Shown here piece after piece: positions 1-9,821 of a DNA stretch of 64,000 bases. Below the pieces are notes generated by a model. It saw only the letters and a program-made list of their open reading frames with translations, made no database searches and had not been told where the DNA came from. The DNA comes from Meyerozyma guilliermondii (taxonomy: Eukaryota): NCBI GenBank assembly GCA_051546255.1, contig CP128815.1:248001-312000 (forward strand), given 5' to 3'. Within the stretch, counting starts at the first letter, position 1, and each line of letters begins with the position of its first letter. The position numbers and the translations under genes are program-made.

Positions 1-1
1 C

Positions 2-727
2 TTAAATCGTTATTCTCCACCTGAAGAGCCCGAGTGGGAAGCGTACGGTGTTGGAAGAATCGACGGCGACCAATTAGGTGAGTTTGTCCCCATTTTATTC
101 AAAACATCAGAATGGGAAATGGTGTTTTACGATAGTATATGGCTCAACGAAGATAACCCACGGATGGCTCTCGAAGGCTGGGATGCAAAATACTTGAGAA
201 TCGTATCCTATGTTACTTTGAAGCATGTATCAGGAAACTACATCAATGTTTTCAACACCCATCTCGACCATATGGGAGAGTTGTCCAAGCAAGGACTGGC
301 ACAAATCATTTTGGACAAGATGAACTCTATAAATCAGTGGCCCTCTTTCTTGTGTGGAGACCTCAATACTGAACCTAATGAGAAAGCATATCAAATCATT
401 ACCGAACAATTTCGTAACCTGGCGAAGTTAACCACGGCTTTTAACAAGTATGGCCATTCCAAGTCTACTGTCACTGGATTCGAAGGAGAAGTACTCCTCA
501 ATGGCGGCCAGAATATAGACTACATCTTCGCTCCAAGTTATACAGCGAAGCTTGGGGAGACGGTGCTATGCGACAAGTTGACTACTTCGCCTCCTTCGGA
601 ACGATACTTGGACCTTCGCTTGAAGAGTTTTGGCATGCTTCACTCTAAATTCAACGGACTTTACATGAGTGATCACCGGCCCATAGTTGCTGACTTTACG
701 TTGAAGAATAAGTGTAAGGGGAAGTGA
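2..727 (+). CDS. Endonuclease/exonuclease/phosphatase (EEP) family protein, 5'-truncated by the window edge
   Basis: Frame is open from position 2 (LNRYSPPEEPEWEAYGVGRIDGDQLGEFVPILFK) into the 119..727 ORF. EEP motifs NTHLDH, LCGDLN, NIDYIF and SDHRP are present. Confidence 0.85.
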   Translation, partial: LNRYSPPEEPEWEAYGVGRIDGDQLGEFVPILFKTSEWEMVFYDSIWLNEDNPRMALEGWDAKYLRIVSYVTLKHVSGNYINVFNTHLDHMGELSKQGLAQIILDKMNSINQWPSFLCGDLNTEPNEKAYQIITEQFRNLAKLTTAFNKYGHSKSTVTGFEGEVLLNGGQNIDYIFAPSYTAKLGETVLCDKLTTSPPSERYLDLRLKSFGMLHSKFNGLYMSDHRPIVADFTLKNKCKGK

Positions 728-791
728 TAATAGAACGAGTGTACATTATGCTACCAGTAGCACTTCTATATAGCCATTTCATGGATAAATT

Positions 792-2060
792 TTACGACAC
801 GATAGTCTTGTCTTTAATACTGAGAGGGCCAAGCAATTTCGCCAACTGATCGTCGAGAGCTCTTTGTGGGTGTTCTTCTCTCCATTTGAGGAAATCGCTT
901 GTGAGGGCGGCTTCAAAGTGTAGTCGGGGTCTTGTAAGTTCTCGCATTACAAGCTTTGAACCCTCGACATCAAAGCAGAATGATTGAAGTTTTCCATTGC
1001 GCTTTTTCAGAATACAGCCCTTGATGAAACGAACCAAAAAGATCAACCAGCGATCCAAAAACCATTTCTCAAGACGCTTCATGCCTCCAGAAAGTACCTT
1101 GTTAACATCCCACTCTTTAACTGAAGTTAACTTGAGTTTATCTTTGAGACCAACAACGAGTGTTGGTGTACCAGCCAATTGACACTGAATGAGGGCAGGA
1201 TGAAAATTTTTCAAGCCAGAATTCCACTGTACTCTCGCCTTAAATTCAACGTATCGTTCTAAATTTTTGACTGGATCGTCAAGGCCAAATGTTTCGTTCA
1301 GACTGGGTTTCAAATCTATGCCTTCTAGCGGCCTTACTGCATCAATCTCGCATGCTACTAATATGGAATCATTCAGCAGCGAACATGAATGTCGTACCAA
1401 AGTATAGTACTTCTCATTGCTGTTTTTAGGCCACTCAAAGCAGAATCTGCCATTGACCATTTTCTGCCTAACCGTCATCAATTGCTCGAAATTGGGTCCT
1501 GTCATTACAGATGGATTGTTGAAAGGAGTTCCTTTCTTGTCGTCTTCCAAAAAGAGCTGGTCATTAACAGCGTATATCCACGTCAGGGCCTTGGTACTGT
1601 CTATTCCTGACATCATGAGGTTTACCAAAGTTGAGCGGGTAGCGACAATATCAGCCTGAATTTTTACGCCATTCCTCTCAGAGTTTGCGAGCGCAGTATA
1701 CTTTGTTCCTCTTTGCGCATCCTCTTCTAGCAGCATCTCCTTCAGATGGTTATCCTGAAACTTCGCATGGCCTCTTCCAAGATCAATTGGAAACTTTCGA
1801 GTTCTCCAAGTGTTGGTAGCTTTATGTGCGATAAATAGTCTTTCATCCATGACCCAGGTCTTTGCCAGAGAGCGATTTAATTTGATTTCCAACGATGGGG
1901 TTCTCGAATAATAAAGTGCTTCATATAATGGCTCCTTCAGCCAGTCGCACTGGCGTAGCATGTTATAGAAATTGTCTGACCGAACATAGTCCAAATCTAT
2001 TTCGTTGTGCTCACAGCAGTGCGCTAAGAATTCCTCTACATTTTCCCATTGAGCTGGCAT
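792..2060 (-). CDS. Divergent Rai1/DXO-family decapping exonuclease-like protein
   Basis: DXO/Rai1-like motifs in order: DIVATR, GPNFE, EIDAV, YVEFK, IQCQLAGTPTLVVG. Confidence 0.7.
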   Translation of the reverse strand: MPAQWENVEEFLAHCCEHNEIDLDYVRSDNFYNMLRQCDWLKEPLYEALYYSRTPSLEIKLNRSLAKTWVMDERLFIAHKATNTWRTRKFPIDLGRGHAKFQDNHLKEMLLEEDAQRGTKYTALANSERNGVKIQADIVATRSTLVNLMMSGIDSTKALTWIYAVNDQLFLEDDKKGTPFNNPSVMTGPNFEQLMTVRQKMVNGRFCFEWPKNSNEKYYTLVRHSCSLLNDSILVACEIDAVRPLEGIDLKPSLNETFGLDDPVKNLERYVEFKARVQWNSGLKNFHPALIQCQLAGTPTLVVGLKDKLKLTSVKEWDVNKVLSGGMKRLEKWFLDRWLIFLVRFIKGCILKKRNGKLQSFCFDVEGSKLVMRELTRPRLHFEAALTSDFLKWREEHPQRALDDQLAKLLGPLSIKDKTIVS

Positions 2061-2160
2061 TGACAGTGAGAAAGTTAAAATTCTCCCTCAGGAGATTATC
2101 AACTCGTATTTTTCGAATATTTTTTGACACATGGTGTATACAGTACAACCGAGCCAACCA

Positions 2161-2787
2161 CTATATAGATTTCTCTAGCAACGTAAAACACCCTTTAGCA
2201 GGCAATCCCACTATGTTAAAGTAATCTCCTTCCATCTTCAGAAACAACAAATTTCCTATACTTTGATACTGAAATCCGCCAGCCACTTGGAGCCCTTCCC
2301 CACATTCTACGTAAGCGTCGATGAGATGAGATGGGCACTCAATATCAAAGTATAATTTTGTGGTTTCTGTGTGTGAATGCAACGTTCCGGAGGCACAATT
2401 GACCACATTAACGGCAGTCACTACCTCCAACATTGGATATTTGCGATATTCTTCAAACATTTGTCGTTGTCTTTCCTTCGTTCCTGGTTTTTCATAAATC
2501 GTTCCGTTGCATACAACTATGGTGTCTGCCGATATAATGAGTGAGTTATGTGAGCTGGATGTTTCTAGCTGCCTTTCAACTGCCCTTGCCTTTCCTAGAG
2601 ACGTTTGCTGTACGTATTCAATGTAATGAAGACCATGCTTGCTGATATTCTCCTCGAAAAAAGACGGAACAATCTTAACATTTGTCAACTTCAAAATGGT
2701 CTCAAGGATTTCAATTCGCCTTGGAGATGTTGATGCAAGGACAAGCTCGTATTCTTGTAGTTCTTCGTGAAGCTTTGAACCAAACAT
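2161..2787 (-). CDS. Maf-family nucleoside triphosphate pyrophosphatase (YOR111W-like)
   Basis: Motifs LVLASTSPRR, ISADTIV, EKP, AGGFQYQ, GDYFNIVGLP. ATG 2787 (MFGSK) preferred; ATG 2868 is possible. Confidence 0.88.
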   Translation of the reverse strand: MFGSKLHEELQEYELVLASTSPRRIEILETILKLTNVKIVPSFFEENISKHGLHYIEYVQQTSLGKARAVERQLETSSSHNSLIISADTIVVCNGTIYEKPGTKERQRQMFEEYRKYPMLEVVTAVNVVNCASGTLHSHTETTKLYFDIECPSHLIDAYVECGEGLQVAGGFQYQSIGNLLFLKMEGDYFNIVGLPAKGCFTLLEKSI

Positions 2788-2871
2788 ATTTATAGTGCGT
2801 ATGTGCGAAGAAATCCGAAGCCGCACCCTGTGCATTAGGATACATTGTTGCAGCGACCAATTTATCATTAA

Positions 2872-4146
2872 CTACTTATTCTTGGCAGCCTTCATAGCAC
2901 GCTTCAAAAAGCTGGTTGCGTTGTCATGAGACTTTGGTAGCTTCTCGTCATCATTTTCAACCACTTCATCATTATCTTGTCTTACTAGTTTGACACTGTC
3001 ATCTACCTGTAAATGCTCCTTGACTTGTCCGACAAGTTCTCCGTAATCATCAAATATTAAGTCTGTTCCGACAAGCTGTCGCCATTTGGTCTGTAGTATC
3101 TTGCCGTCTATAGCCGCTAAACGGTTCACATGTGTTTCATTACTAGTGAGCTTTATTAATGGCGTTTCAACCGCGAGCTCTGAAATCTGAAATTGGGCTG
3201 CTGGGCCAATGACATTGTCCATCCTGGATGCATCCTTTGAATCTTCTGCTTGTGTCTTCGTATTGCCTAGTGCCGGTATGTCAATGGTGATATACATGTC
3301 CTAATGTTAGTTCAAGCAAGTGTTTGTATCAGTCTATTTACTTACCTGAAACTCATCATTGGCCGCTTGTGCCTCTTGTTGGCGCATCTTAATATCCTCG
3401 TCCGAGCCTGCTTCGAATTTGTAGTGGAAGTTCCAGTTCATTTCTTCACCCTCGTCTAAAAAGTCACAGTTTCCATTGACTGTTAAAACCCACATGTTCT
3501 GTTGGTGCTCATAGGTATCCAATGAGCAGGTTGCAGCTTTGAGCAAAGTACCATTTTCGTCCACAGCATCGTACACACTCAGTTTCCCGAGTAACGACAT
3601 TCCAAGGGCAATTTTGGTAGCAGCATGGGTAACTATTAAAATTCTCTCAATGTGGGGAAATTTTTTCTCCATCACGGCGAAAAAAGCCTTCCAAAAATGT
3701 TGTGCCCGCTCAAAGATATCACTCTCGTCTTCACCCTTCAAGCTGGGAATTACACCCACAGTATTGTCTCTGTCCCAGCTTTCAGCGGTGCCCAATTCGG
3801 GAAAGAATTGTTGAAGTAAATCGTAGTTCCCCGGCTCAGGAATGGTATCGCGGTCCTTCTTGAACCACTCACCAACACCACGCTCAATGGCAATTGGAAG
3901 TCCCAAAGCACGCGATATAGGCTGGCTCGTTTCCACACATCTATAAAAAGGCGAACTGAGTATGATCTGAGGTTTCTTGTCGTCGGGAAATTGTTGAATA
4001 TGAGACGCCAATTGCTTGGCTTGATCTATACCATGAGGTGCCAAAGGAGGGTCACTATCGATTCCCGAGGGATTAGGAGGATGCGGTGGCGGTAACCAGT
4101 TGGCACGGTAGCCGTGGCGGGCAATATATATGGTTTTAATAGTCAT
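2872..4146 (-). CDS. TFC7: TFIIIC tau55 subunit (N-terminal histidine phosphatase plus C-terminal TFIIIC domain); join(4146..3346, 3300..2872)
   Basis: Histidine-phosphatase motifs IYIARHGYR, SSPFYRC and VTHAA. The downstream ORF has WRQLVGTDLIFD, resembling the TFIIIC sub6 domain. A canonical 45-nt intron joins the two in frame. It neighbours the Maf gene, as TFC7 and YOR111W do in S. cerevisiae. Confidence 0.85.
3301..3345 (-). other. Spliceosomal intron of TFC7 (45 nt, phase 0, in-frame TAG)
   Basis: Minus strand: CAG|GTAAGTAAATAG...TTGAACTAACATTAG|GACATG, giving donor GTAAGT, branch ACTAAC and acceptor TAG. Confidence 0.85.
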
Positions 4147-4351
4147 ATGGAATGGAGGATTAAACAATAAAAAACAAGAGGGTGCGAATTATGCAGGCCC
4201 ATCATCACCAAATGCAGGTGATATGGATGCGAACAGAAGAGTATACTCTTACTTTCGCAAAGAACAGTTCACGGACCAAAAGTAAACACCAAAGCACCTT
4301 ACTTTCTTCATAGAAATACTTCATTTAACGAAACTTTCGGACCCTTCTCCC

Positions 4352-5257
4352 ATGTCGGAACGAAAATCCATCAACAAATACTACCCACCAGACTTCGATC
4401 CTTCCAAAGTTCCAAAGAAAAAGAAGTCTGGTGGAGGTATAGCAACTATAAAAGTCCGTCTAGAAACCCCCTACTCGATGCGGTGTACACGGTGCAACGA
4501 ATACATATCCAAAGCTCGCAAATTCAATGCCAAGAAAGAATACACCAAAGAGATGTACTTGAAGACCAAGATTTATCGCTTCCACATTACATGTCCTCGG
4601 TGCAACAACAACATTACATTTAAGACAAGCCCACAAACTGCCGGATTTGTGCCTGAACTAGGTGCGGTTCGAAATTATCAGCCCAAAGTTGTAGTTGGAA
4701 CCGAAGCCCCAGAGACGGAAGACGAAATTTTGGAACGACTTGAAAGAGAGGAGAAAGAGAACAAATCGTTTAAGGAACAGCGAGAGAAGAGGAAACGAGA
4801 TCCTTTTTGGCAAAAAAATGCCAACTTGAAAAACGGCGATGGAGACCTAATGGACAACTTGGAGAAAAAGTTGCGAGAACAGCAACGTCAGCAAGAACTT
4901 AGTGAGGAATTGGAAGCTTTGCAAGCTCGCAAAAAAGAGCTTCAGGAGAATGGTGGAACTAACGAAATCATAGACGCAACTAAAGAACGTCTTGAAAGTG
5001 AGTTACAAGAACTGCGAGATAGACTAGCGAAAGCCGAAAATGATGAAGATGATGCTATAGCTCAGCAAGCATTTAAGCGATTCAAAGCAGCCCCAAAAAA
5101 AATTGACGAAAAAACCGAGGTTTCACCGGTCCATAAAATTTCAAAAGTAACACCTTTCAAGCAAACGATTACACTCAAGAGAAACACAACGACGCCGAGT
5201 GGTTCAAACAATACCCCAAAACCTGCGCTCGGTGGTTATTCTTCGGAGTCCGACTAA
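4352..5257 (+). CDS. YJU2: Splicing factor Yju2/Cwc16
   Basis: MSERKSINKYYPPDFDP N-terminus, zinc pairs CTRC and CPRC, KFNAKKE. Confidence 0.93.
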   Translation: MSERKSINKYYPPDFDPSKVPKKKKSGGGIATIKVRLETPYSMRCTRCNEYISKARKFNAKKEYTKEMYLKTKIYRFHITCPRCNNNITFKTSPQTAGFVPELGAVRNYQPKVVVGTEAPETEDEILERLEREEKENKSFKEQREKRKRDPFWQKNANLKNGDGDLMDNLEKKLREQQRQQELSEELEALQARKKELQENGGTNEIIDATKERLESELQELRDRLAKAENDEDDAIAQQAFKRFKAAPKKIDEKTEVSPVHKISKVTPFKQTITLKRNTTTPSGSNNTPKPALGGYSSESD

Positions 5258-5304
5258 TATGTATCGCTATTCTCGACTTAGTATTATTGTTGTAATCTAC
5301 TTCT

Positions 5305-6729
5305 CTATACTAGCATTTCCAATGGATTCTCAACAATCTTTTTCAAAGCCTTCATGAATTCACCTCCAAGAGCACCATCGACAAGTCTGTGGTCAAAGGT
5401 TCCGGTAATGTTCATGACATCGTCAAAGATGAATCCTTGTTCGTTGACGTCGGATGGAACAGCCTTCTTGGTGACGGTACCAACAGCGAAAATGGCACAT
5501 GAAGGTGGGTTTATGATGGAGGTGAAGCTGGTGACGGCGTGATTCATTCCCAAGTTGGAAAGGGTAACGGTACCGCCCTGGAATTCCTCGGGAGCCAATT
5601 TGTTAGCCTTGGCTCTCTTACCCAAGTCTTTGATCTCGGCAGAGATAGTAGCCAATCCCTTGGTGTCAGCATTTTTGACGATAGGAGTGATCAAACCAGT
5701 TGGGGTAGCAACAGCGACAGAAACATCAACATAGTTGTAGGTTCTGATGACACCTTGTTCACCCAACCAAGCGGAGTTGACTTCAGGAACTCTCAATGAT
5801 GCCTTAGCGATGGCCTTGATCAACAAGTCGTTGACCGACAATCTGTATCTGTCCTCAGCGGAAGCATTAAGAGATTGACGCAACTTCAAAAGTTTGGAAA
5901 CAGACATCTCTGACGATACGATGTAGGAAGGAGATTGCTGAGTGGATTGAAGTAATCTTGAAGCAATGGTCTTACGCATGTTTGTGAGAGGAGTGTCAGT
6001 GTATGAAGCGCCAACTGGAGCAGCGGCAGCAGCAGCAGCAGCAGGGGCAGCAGCGGCAGATTCCTTGATATTTTCAAGGTCCTTAGCCACAATTCTACCA
6101 TTAGGACCGGAACCTTTCACATTCTTAAGAGAAATACCCTTTTCAAGGGCAATGGTCTTGGCCAATGGAGAGGCAATGATACGTCCACTAGGCTTTGGGG
6201 TCGAAGAAGACTTGGACTCCGACTTGGCAGGAGCTGCCTTGGATTCCTTAGAGGTGTCTTTGGATTCTTCCTTGGACTCTTGCTTTGGTTCCTCCTTGGT
6301 TTCCGCTGGCTTGGCCTCACCTTCACCGGCATCTTCGGCGGTAAAGTTCTCGAAAGCAGCCACGTCGTTGGATTCTTCAACGTACACAGCAATTGGCTTT
6401 CCAACAGGAATATCGTGAGAGCCGTCACCCATCAAAATCTTGGCCAAATAACCATCTTCTTGAAACTCAAAGTCCATGGTGGCCTTATCGGTTTCGATTT
6501 CAGCAATGGCCTCGCCAGGAGCAAGCTGATCACCTTCTTTCTTACTCCACGACGCGATGTTTCCCTGAGTCATGGTGGGTGACAATGCGGGCATGTTAAT
6601 CACGGTATGAGGAGGGAATTTTGAAGAGTACCATCTAGAGAGCAGTAAGGAGGCAGCAGCAATGTGCGAGCACTGAGGGCGCATGACACGGAGTGATGCA
6701 CATCTAGAGGCGGCAAACAAGGCAGACAT
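5305..6729 (-). CDS. LAT1: Pyruvate dehydrogenase E2 dihydrolipoamide acetyltransferase, mitochondrial
   Basis: Lipoyl motif EIETDKAT, E3-binding domain ASPLAK...GSGPNGRI, catalytic DHRLVDGA. Presequence-like start at ATG 6729. Confidence 0.97.
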   Translation of the reverse strand: MSALFAASRCASLRVMRPQCSHIAAASLLLSRWYSSKFPPHTVINMPALSPTMTQGNIASWSKKEGDQLAPGEAIAEIETDKATMDFEFQEDGYLAKILMGDGSHDIPVGKPIAVYVEESNDVAAFENFTAEDAGEGEAKPAETKEEPKQESKEESKDTSKESKAAPAKSESKSSSTPKPSGRIIASPLAKTIALEKGISLKNVKGSGPNGRIVAKDLENIKESAAAAPAAAAAAAAPVGASYTDTPLTNMRKTIASRLLQSTQQSPSYIVSSEMSVSKLLKLRQSLNASAEDRYRLSVNDLLIKAIAKASLRVPEVNSAWLGEQGVIRTYNYVDVSVAVATPTGLITPIVKNADTKGLATISAEIKDLGKRAKANKLAPEEFQGGTVTLSNLGMNHAVTSFTSIINPPSCAIFAVGTVTKKAVPSDVNEQGFIFDDVMNITGTFDHRLVDGALGGEFMKALKKIVENPLEMLV

Positions 6730-6867
6730 GGTAACAAGATTGAAGCCGGAGGATTTCGCATCGATGTTCCCCGATGGGTTTTGTGTCGCGGAGATGTAGC
6801 TCCGAGAAACAATGTGCAGGCGGGTAGGCTGCAACCACCATCATTAACAATGTTGGGGATGTGGCGG

Positions 6868-7899
6868 CTACAAAACAACATTCAGGCCGTAGAAGTCAAC
6901 CTCCACGCAGTAGTTGCTTGATTTTTCAAGTAGGCTCAGAACATCGCCGTAGCCCGGATCTTTCTCGCAATCGGCCTCATAGACAACCGATACACCATGG
7001 TGGTTTTTTAGACTATCTTTTGCCGTTTGCCACAGGAAACGAACTAGAGGACACCATCCAAAGACAGGGTCAACATTGGCATGAAGCCACGTCGAAGTAT
7101 TAGGGTCCGAAGGATATCCCGAACCGATAACCTTGCCTTGAAGCAATGCTAACTGGTCGTGGTAGTAATGTATGTTGAGATCTCTGGTTACTTTGGCTAC
7201 CACCGATGCTGTACTCACAATGGGAAAGATACTATCTGCCTTTTTCGTGACTGTGATTTCCAAAGTCGGGAATATTCCTTGTAGTTTTTTCTGGTATGTA
7301 GCTGGGGGTCCTACAGTATCCACGAATACCTTTTTCACGTTAACCCCCAGATCCAAAACTTCACGTATAAGCTGTATTGTCGTGTTATGAGCTTGCTCAT
7401 TGAGATTGGCTCCTCCAGCAGCTCCACGGCCTTGAAGCATAGCACTCGAAATGTCTCTAGCAGTCATAGTGCGTGTGGCCCAACCTACGTTTTCGTTGAG
7501 TTCATGGTCCATCAGCTCGACCATATAGAACAACTCTCGTCTCTTGTCTTCCTTAAGTACTTTGGAGTCGGCAAATCCATATTTGTGTTTGAGATCTTCC
7601 TGGTAACTTTCAAGGCAATAAGAAATGCCATAAACCATTGGCCCCAACACTGGACCACGTCCAGCTTCGTCAACTCCAAGCACTACGGAAGCGGTTTTGT
7701 TTTCAAGGATCAATCTTGGGATCTGGGAATGGTATGTGGTTGAAGCATGAAATGATGGCCCAGGAAGAGATGTCACAGATGGTGGGATCCAAGTCAGAAG
7801 TGTACTTTCAAGTTTTTGTCTTTTAGCCAGCGGTTCTTCGGGCATGGGTGACCGAGGAGATTCGGTTTGGGACGCTGTAGTAGACTCTTCGTACAGCAT
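6868..7899 (-). CDS. RNH201: Ribonuclease H2 catalytic subunit A
   Basis: Motifs GVDEAGRGPVLGPMVY, DSK, VDTVG, GSGYPSDP. Confidence 0.96.
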   Translation of the reverse strand: MLYEESTTASQTESPRSPMPEEPLAKRQKLESTLLTWIPPSVTSLPGPSFHASTTYHSQIPRLILENKTASVVLGVDEAGRGPVLGPMVYGISYCLESYQEDLKHKYGFADSKVLKEDKRRELFYMVELMDHELNENVGWATRTMTARDISSAMLQGRGAAGGANLNEQAHNTTIQLIREVLDLGVNVKKVFVDTVGPPATYQKKLQGIFPTLEITVTKKADSIFPIVSTASVVAKVTRDLNIHYYHDQLALLQGKVIGSGYPSDPNTSTWLHANVDPVFGWCPLVRFLWQTAKDSLKNHHGVSVVYEADCEKDPGYGDVLSLLEKSSNYCVEVDFYGLNVVL

Positions 7900-8152
7900 T
7901 GAATGCAAGACTCTGAAGGTGTTGATCTTGAGACGCGATTTGAGAAATGGTGTACAGGAAGAGCTATGGCTAAATTCAGTTAACCTACAAGTCTCTCGAT
8001 TCTATTAGTTTAAAAAAGTAAGATTCCTATGTTTCTTCTTCCTTTATACCACTACTCACTTTTAAGTCTACTATAATTTTTCTGTTTTCTTCCTCTATTT
8101 TTCTTCTTCTATTTCCTCCTTCTATAATTTATGTCGTTTCCTCGTTTCAATC

Positions 8153-9082
8153 TTAGTTGAATCTCTTTTTCTGTAATGCCGCTTTTACGCCCTCGTAGCT
8201 GACAAACGTAATGCAGGTGGCGGGAACTACCCGGAGCATATTGGCACTGATTCCCCTGTAGAATCCTACCCATCCTGTCTCATGGTATATCTTCTTGCAT
8301 ATGGTTGAGATTGTCCGACGTTCATGATGCGGATTATAATCCTGAAGACGAGACCGTATCACTTGTGTAGGATACATGATCAACATACTCATGACCTTGG
8401 ACGCTGCAGAGGCGTAAACGTATTGAAAGGTGGAAAGTTGAGACGGTACTTCTTGGTTGGTTCGATGCATGTCTTTGATTCGGTCATAAAATGTAAACTG
8501 AAGACTTCCCTGTGCTACGGCAAACATAGAAGGAACAGATCCTTTCCAGAAACTGGATACACCTTCATTTTTGAGCATTTTTGTCACCGCTTCCATCACC
8601 GACTGGTATGCCCCAGATTCGTATCTAGACTTGCCAAGAATTCGAGTTTTAAGAACCCAGAGTGGATTGGTTAATAACGACGTAGTGATTCCTGCCATTG
8701 ATGATGCTCCCAAATAGTGAAATGTGGATTGTGGGAGTAGGGAGTTTTCTGACAAATGCAGCTTGAACTCTGCGTACAACAGAAAGTAAAGTGACCATGC
8801 TGTTAGGTTTCCTGCAAGATTGGGACCTATGCCTCGATACAATTGACGCAACAATAGGCTGGACTTTGGCTTTTTTGCGCTGTTTTCTGGATGTGCTTCT
8901 ATAAGTGCATCTTGTCGTATTTTGTGGATGATGCTTCTGACAAGTGCAAATGGTTTTGATGTTGTTTGTGAAGAAAGTTGTAATCGTACTTTGATAAGGT
9001 CCAAGGGATGCATGACTATCGTGGTGATAAACCCGGCACTTAGCCCGGATATGGCCTCTACTTTGCGGGAAGAGAGGTCCAT
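8153..9082 (-). CDS. FLX1: Mitochondrial FAD/folate carrier (SLC25A32-like)
   Basis: Three carrier signatures (HPLDLIKVRLQ, NPLWVLKTR, YPTQVIRSRLQ); the PLW-type second repeat is typical of the FAD/folate/NAD carrier group. ATG 9082. Confidence 0.85.
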   Translation of the reverse strand: MDLSSRKVEAISGLSAGFITTIVMHPLDLIKVRLQLSSQTTSKPFALVRSIIHKIRQDALIEAHPENSAKKPKSSLLLRQLYRGIGPNLAGNLTAWSLYFLLYAEFKLHLSENSLLPQSTFHYLGASSMAGITTSLLTNPLWVLKTRILGKSRYESGAYQSVMEAVTKMLKNEGVSSFWKGSVPSMFAVAQGSLQFTFYDRIKDMHRTNQEVPSQLSTFQYVYASAASKVMSMLIMYPTQVIRSRLQDYNPHHERRTISTICKKIYHETGWVGFYRGISANMLRVVPATCITFVSYEGVKAALQKKRFN

Positions 9083-9359
9083 AGCAGCATGAATAGTGAG
9101 CGCTGAGATTGATGTGAGATCGAGAAAATGAGACAAAAGTAGCAATTAAAAAAGAAAAGAAGAAAAATGGTAAAAGTGACGTTGAGCTGGTGACTTTGAG
9201 CTGGTGTTGTGTAAGTAACGTTTCCTTCCTCATTTATAGTATCTGTGGCATCTCTCTTCTCTTCTTTATCCCAGTCACAGCATTCACTCTTTTTCTTATT
9301 ATTATTCCTTCTTCGTATTCTTCTCTCTCTACACCTTAGCAATATCATTAGCAATTCAC

Positions 9360-9367
9360 TATATACA
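9360..9367 (-). promoter_or_regulatory. Puf3 element (TGTATATA) in TOM7 3'UTR
   Basis: Matches UGUAHAUA, 2 nt after the stop codon. Confidence 0.6.
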
Positions 9368-9369
9368 TC

Positions 9370-9549
9370 CTAGACAGTAGGGAAAGGGCTCAACAAATTG
9401 ATCAATGATGGCTTGTTAGGAGATGCACTCCAGCCCAAATATAAAACAAATGGAATGAATCCATAGTGTGCGATGGTCTTGGAGTATTCCAAGGTCTTTA
9501 CCAATCTCTCCTTGGACTCGTCGCTCAACGTAAATTGTGGAGTTGCCAT
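9370..9549 (-). CDS. TOM7: TOM complex subunit Tom7 (59 aa)
   Basis: LSDESKERL...AHYGFIPFVLYLGW...LLSP. Confidence 0.95.
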   Translation of the reverse strand: MATPQFTLSDESKERLVKTLEYSKTIAHYGFIPFVLYLGWSASPNKPSLINLLSPFPTV

Positions 9550-9821
9550 TCTGTAATTGTCGGTAACCGAATAAAATTTGCGACGGTTTGCTCGCGAAAA
9601 CCCGGTGTAGCGGTGGGGATCGAAAATAGTAGCGATCGTGAGAGACGAAAACACCAGCTAACTTGCTACGTTGTGCTAGTTTTTTTCTAGGGGTAACCGG
9701 CTCATTTATTTTGCATTTTACTGCCTATCTTCAATTCCTTGCTTAATCACATAATTAGACCACTCCAATTTCATTTGCATTGCGATAAATTCAACACTCA
9801 AAGCTAGCATATTCAATAGTG

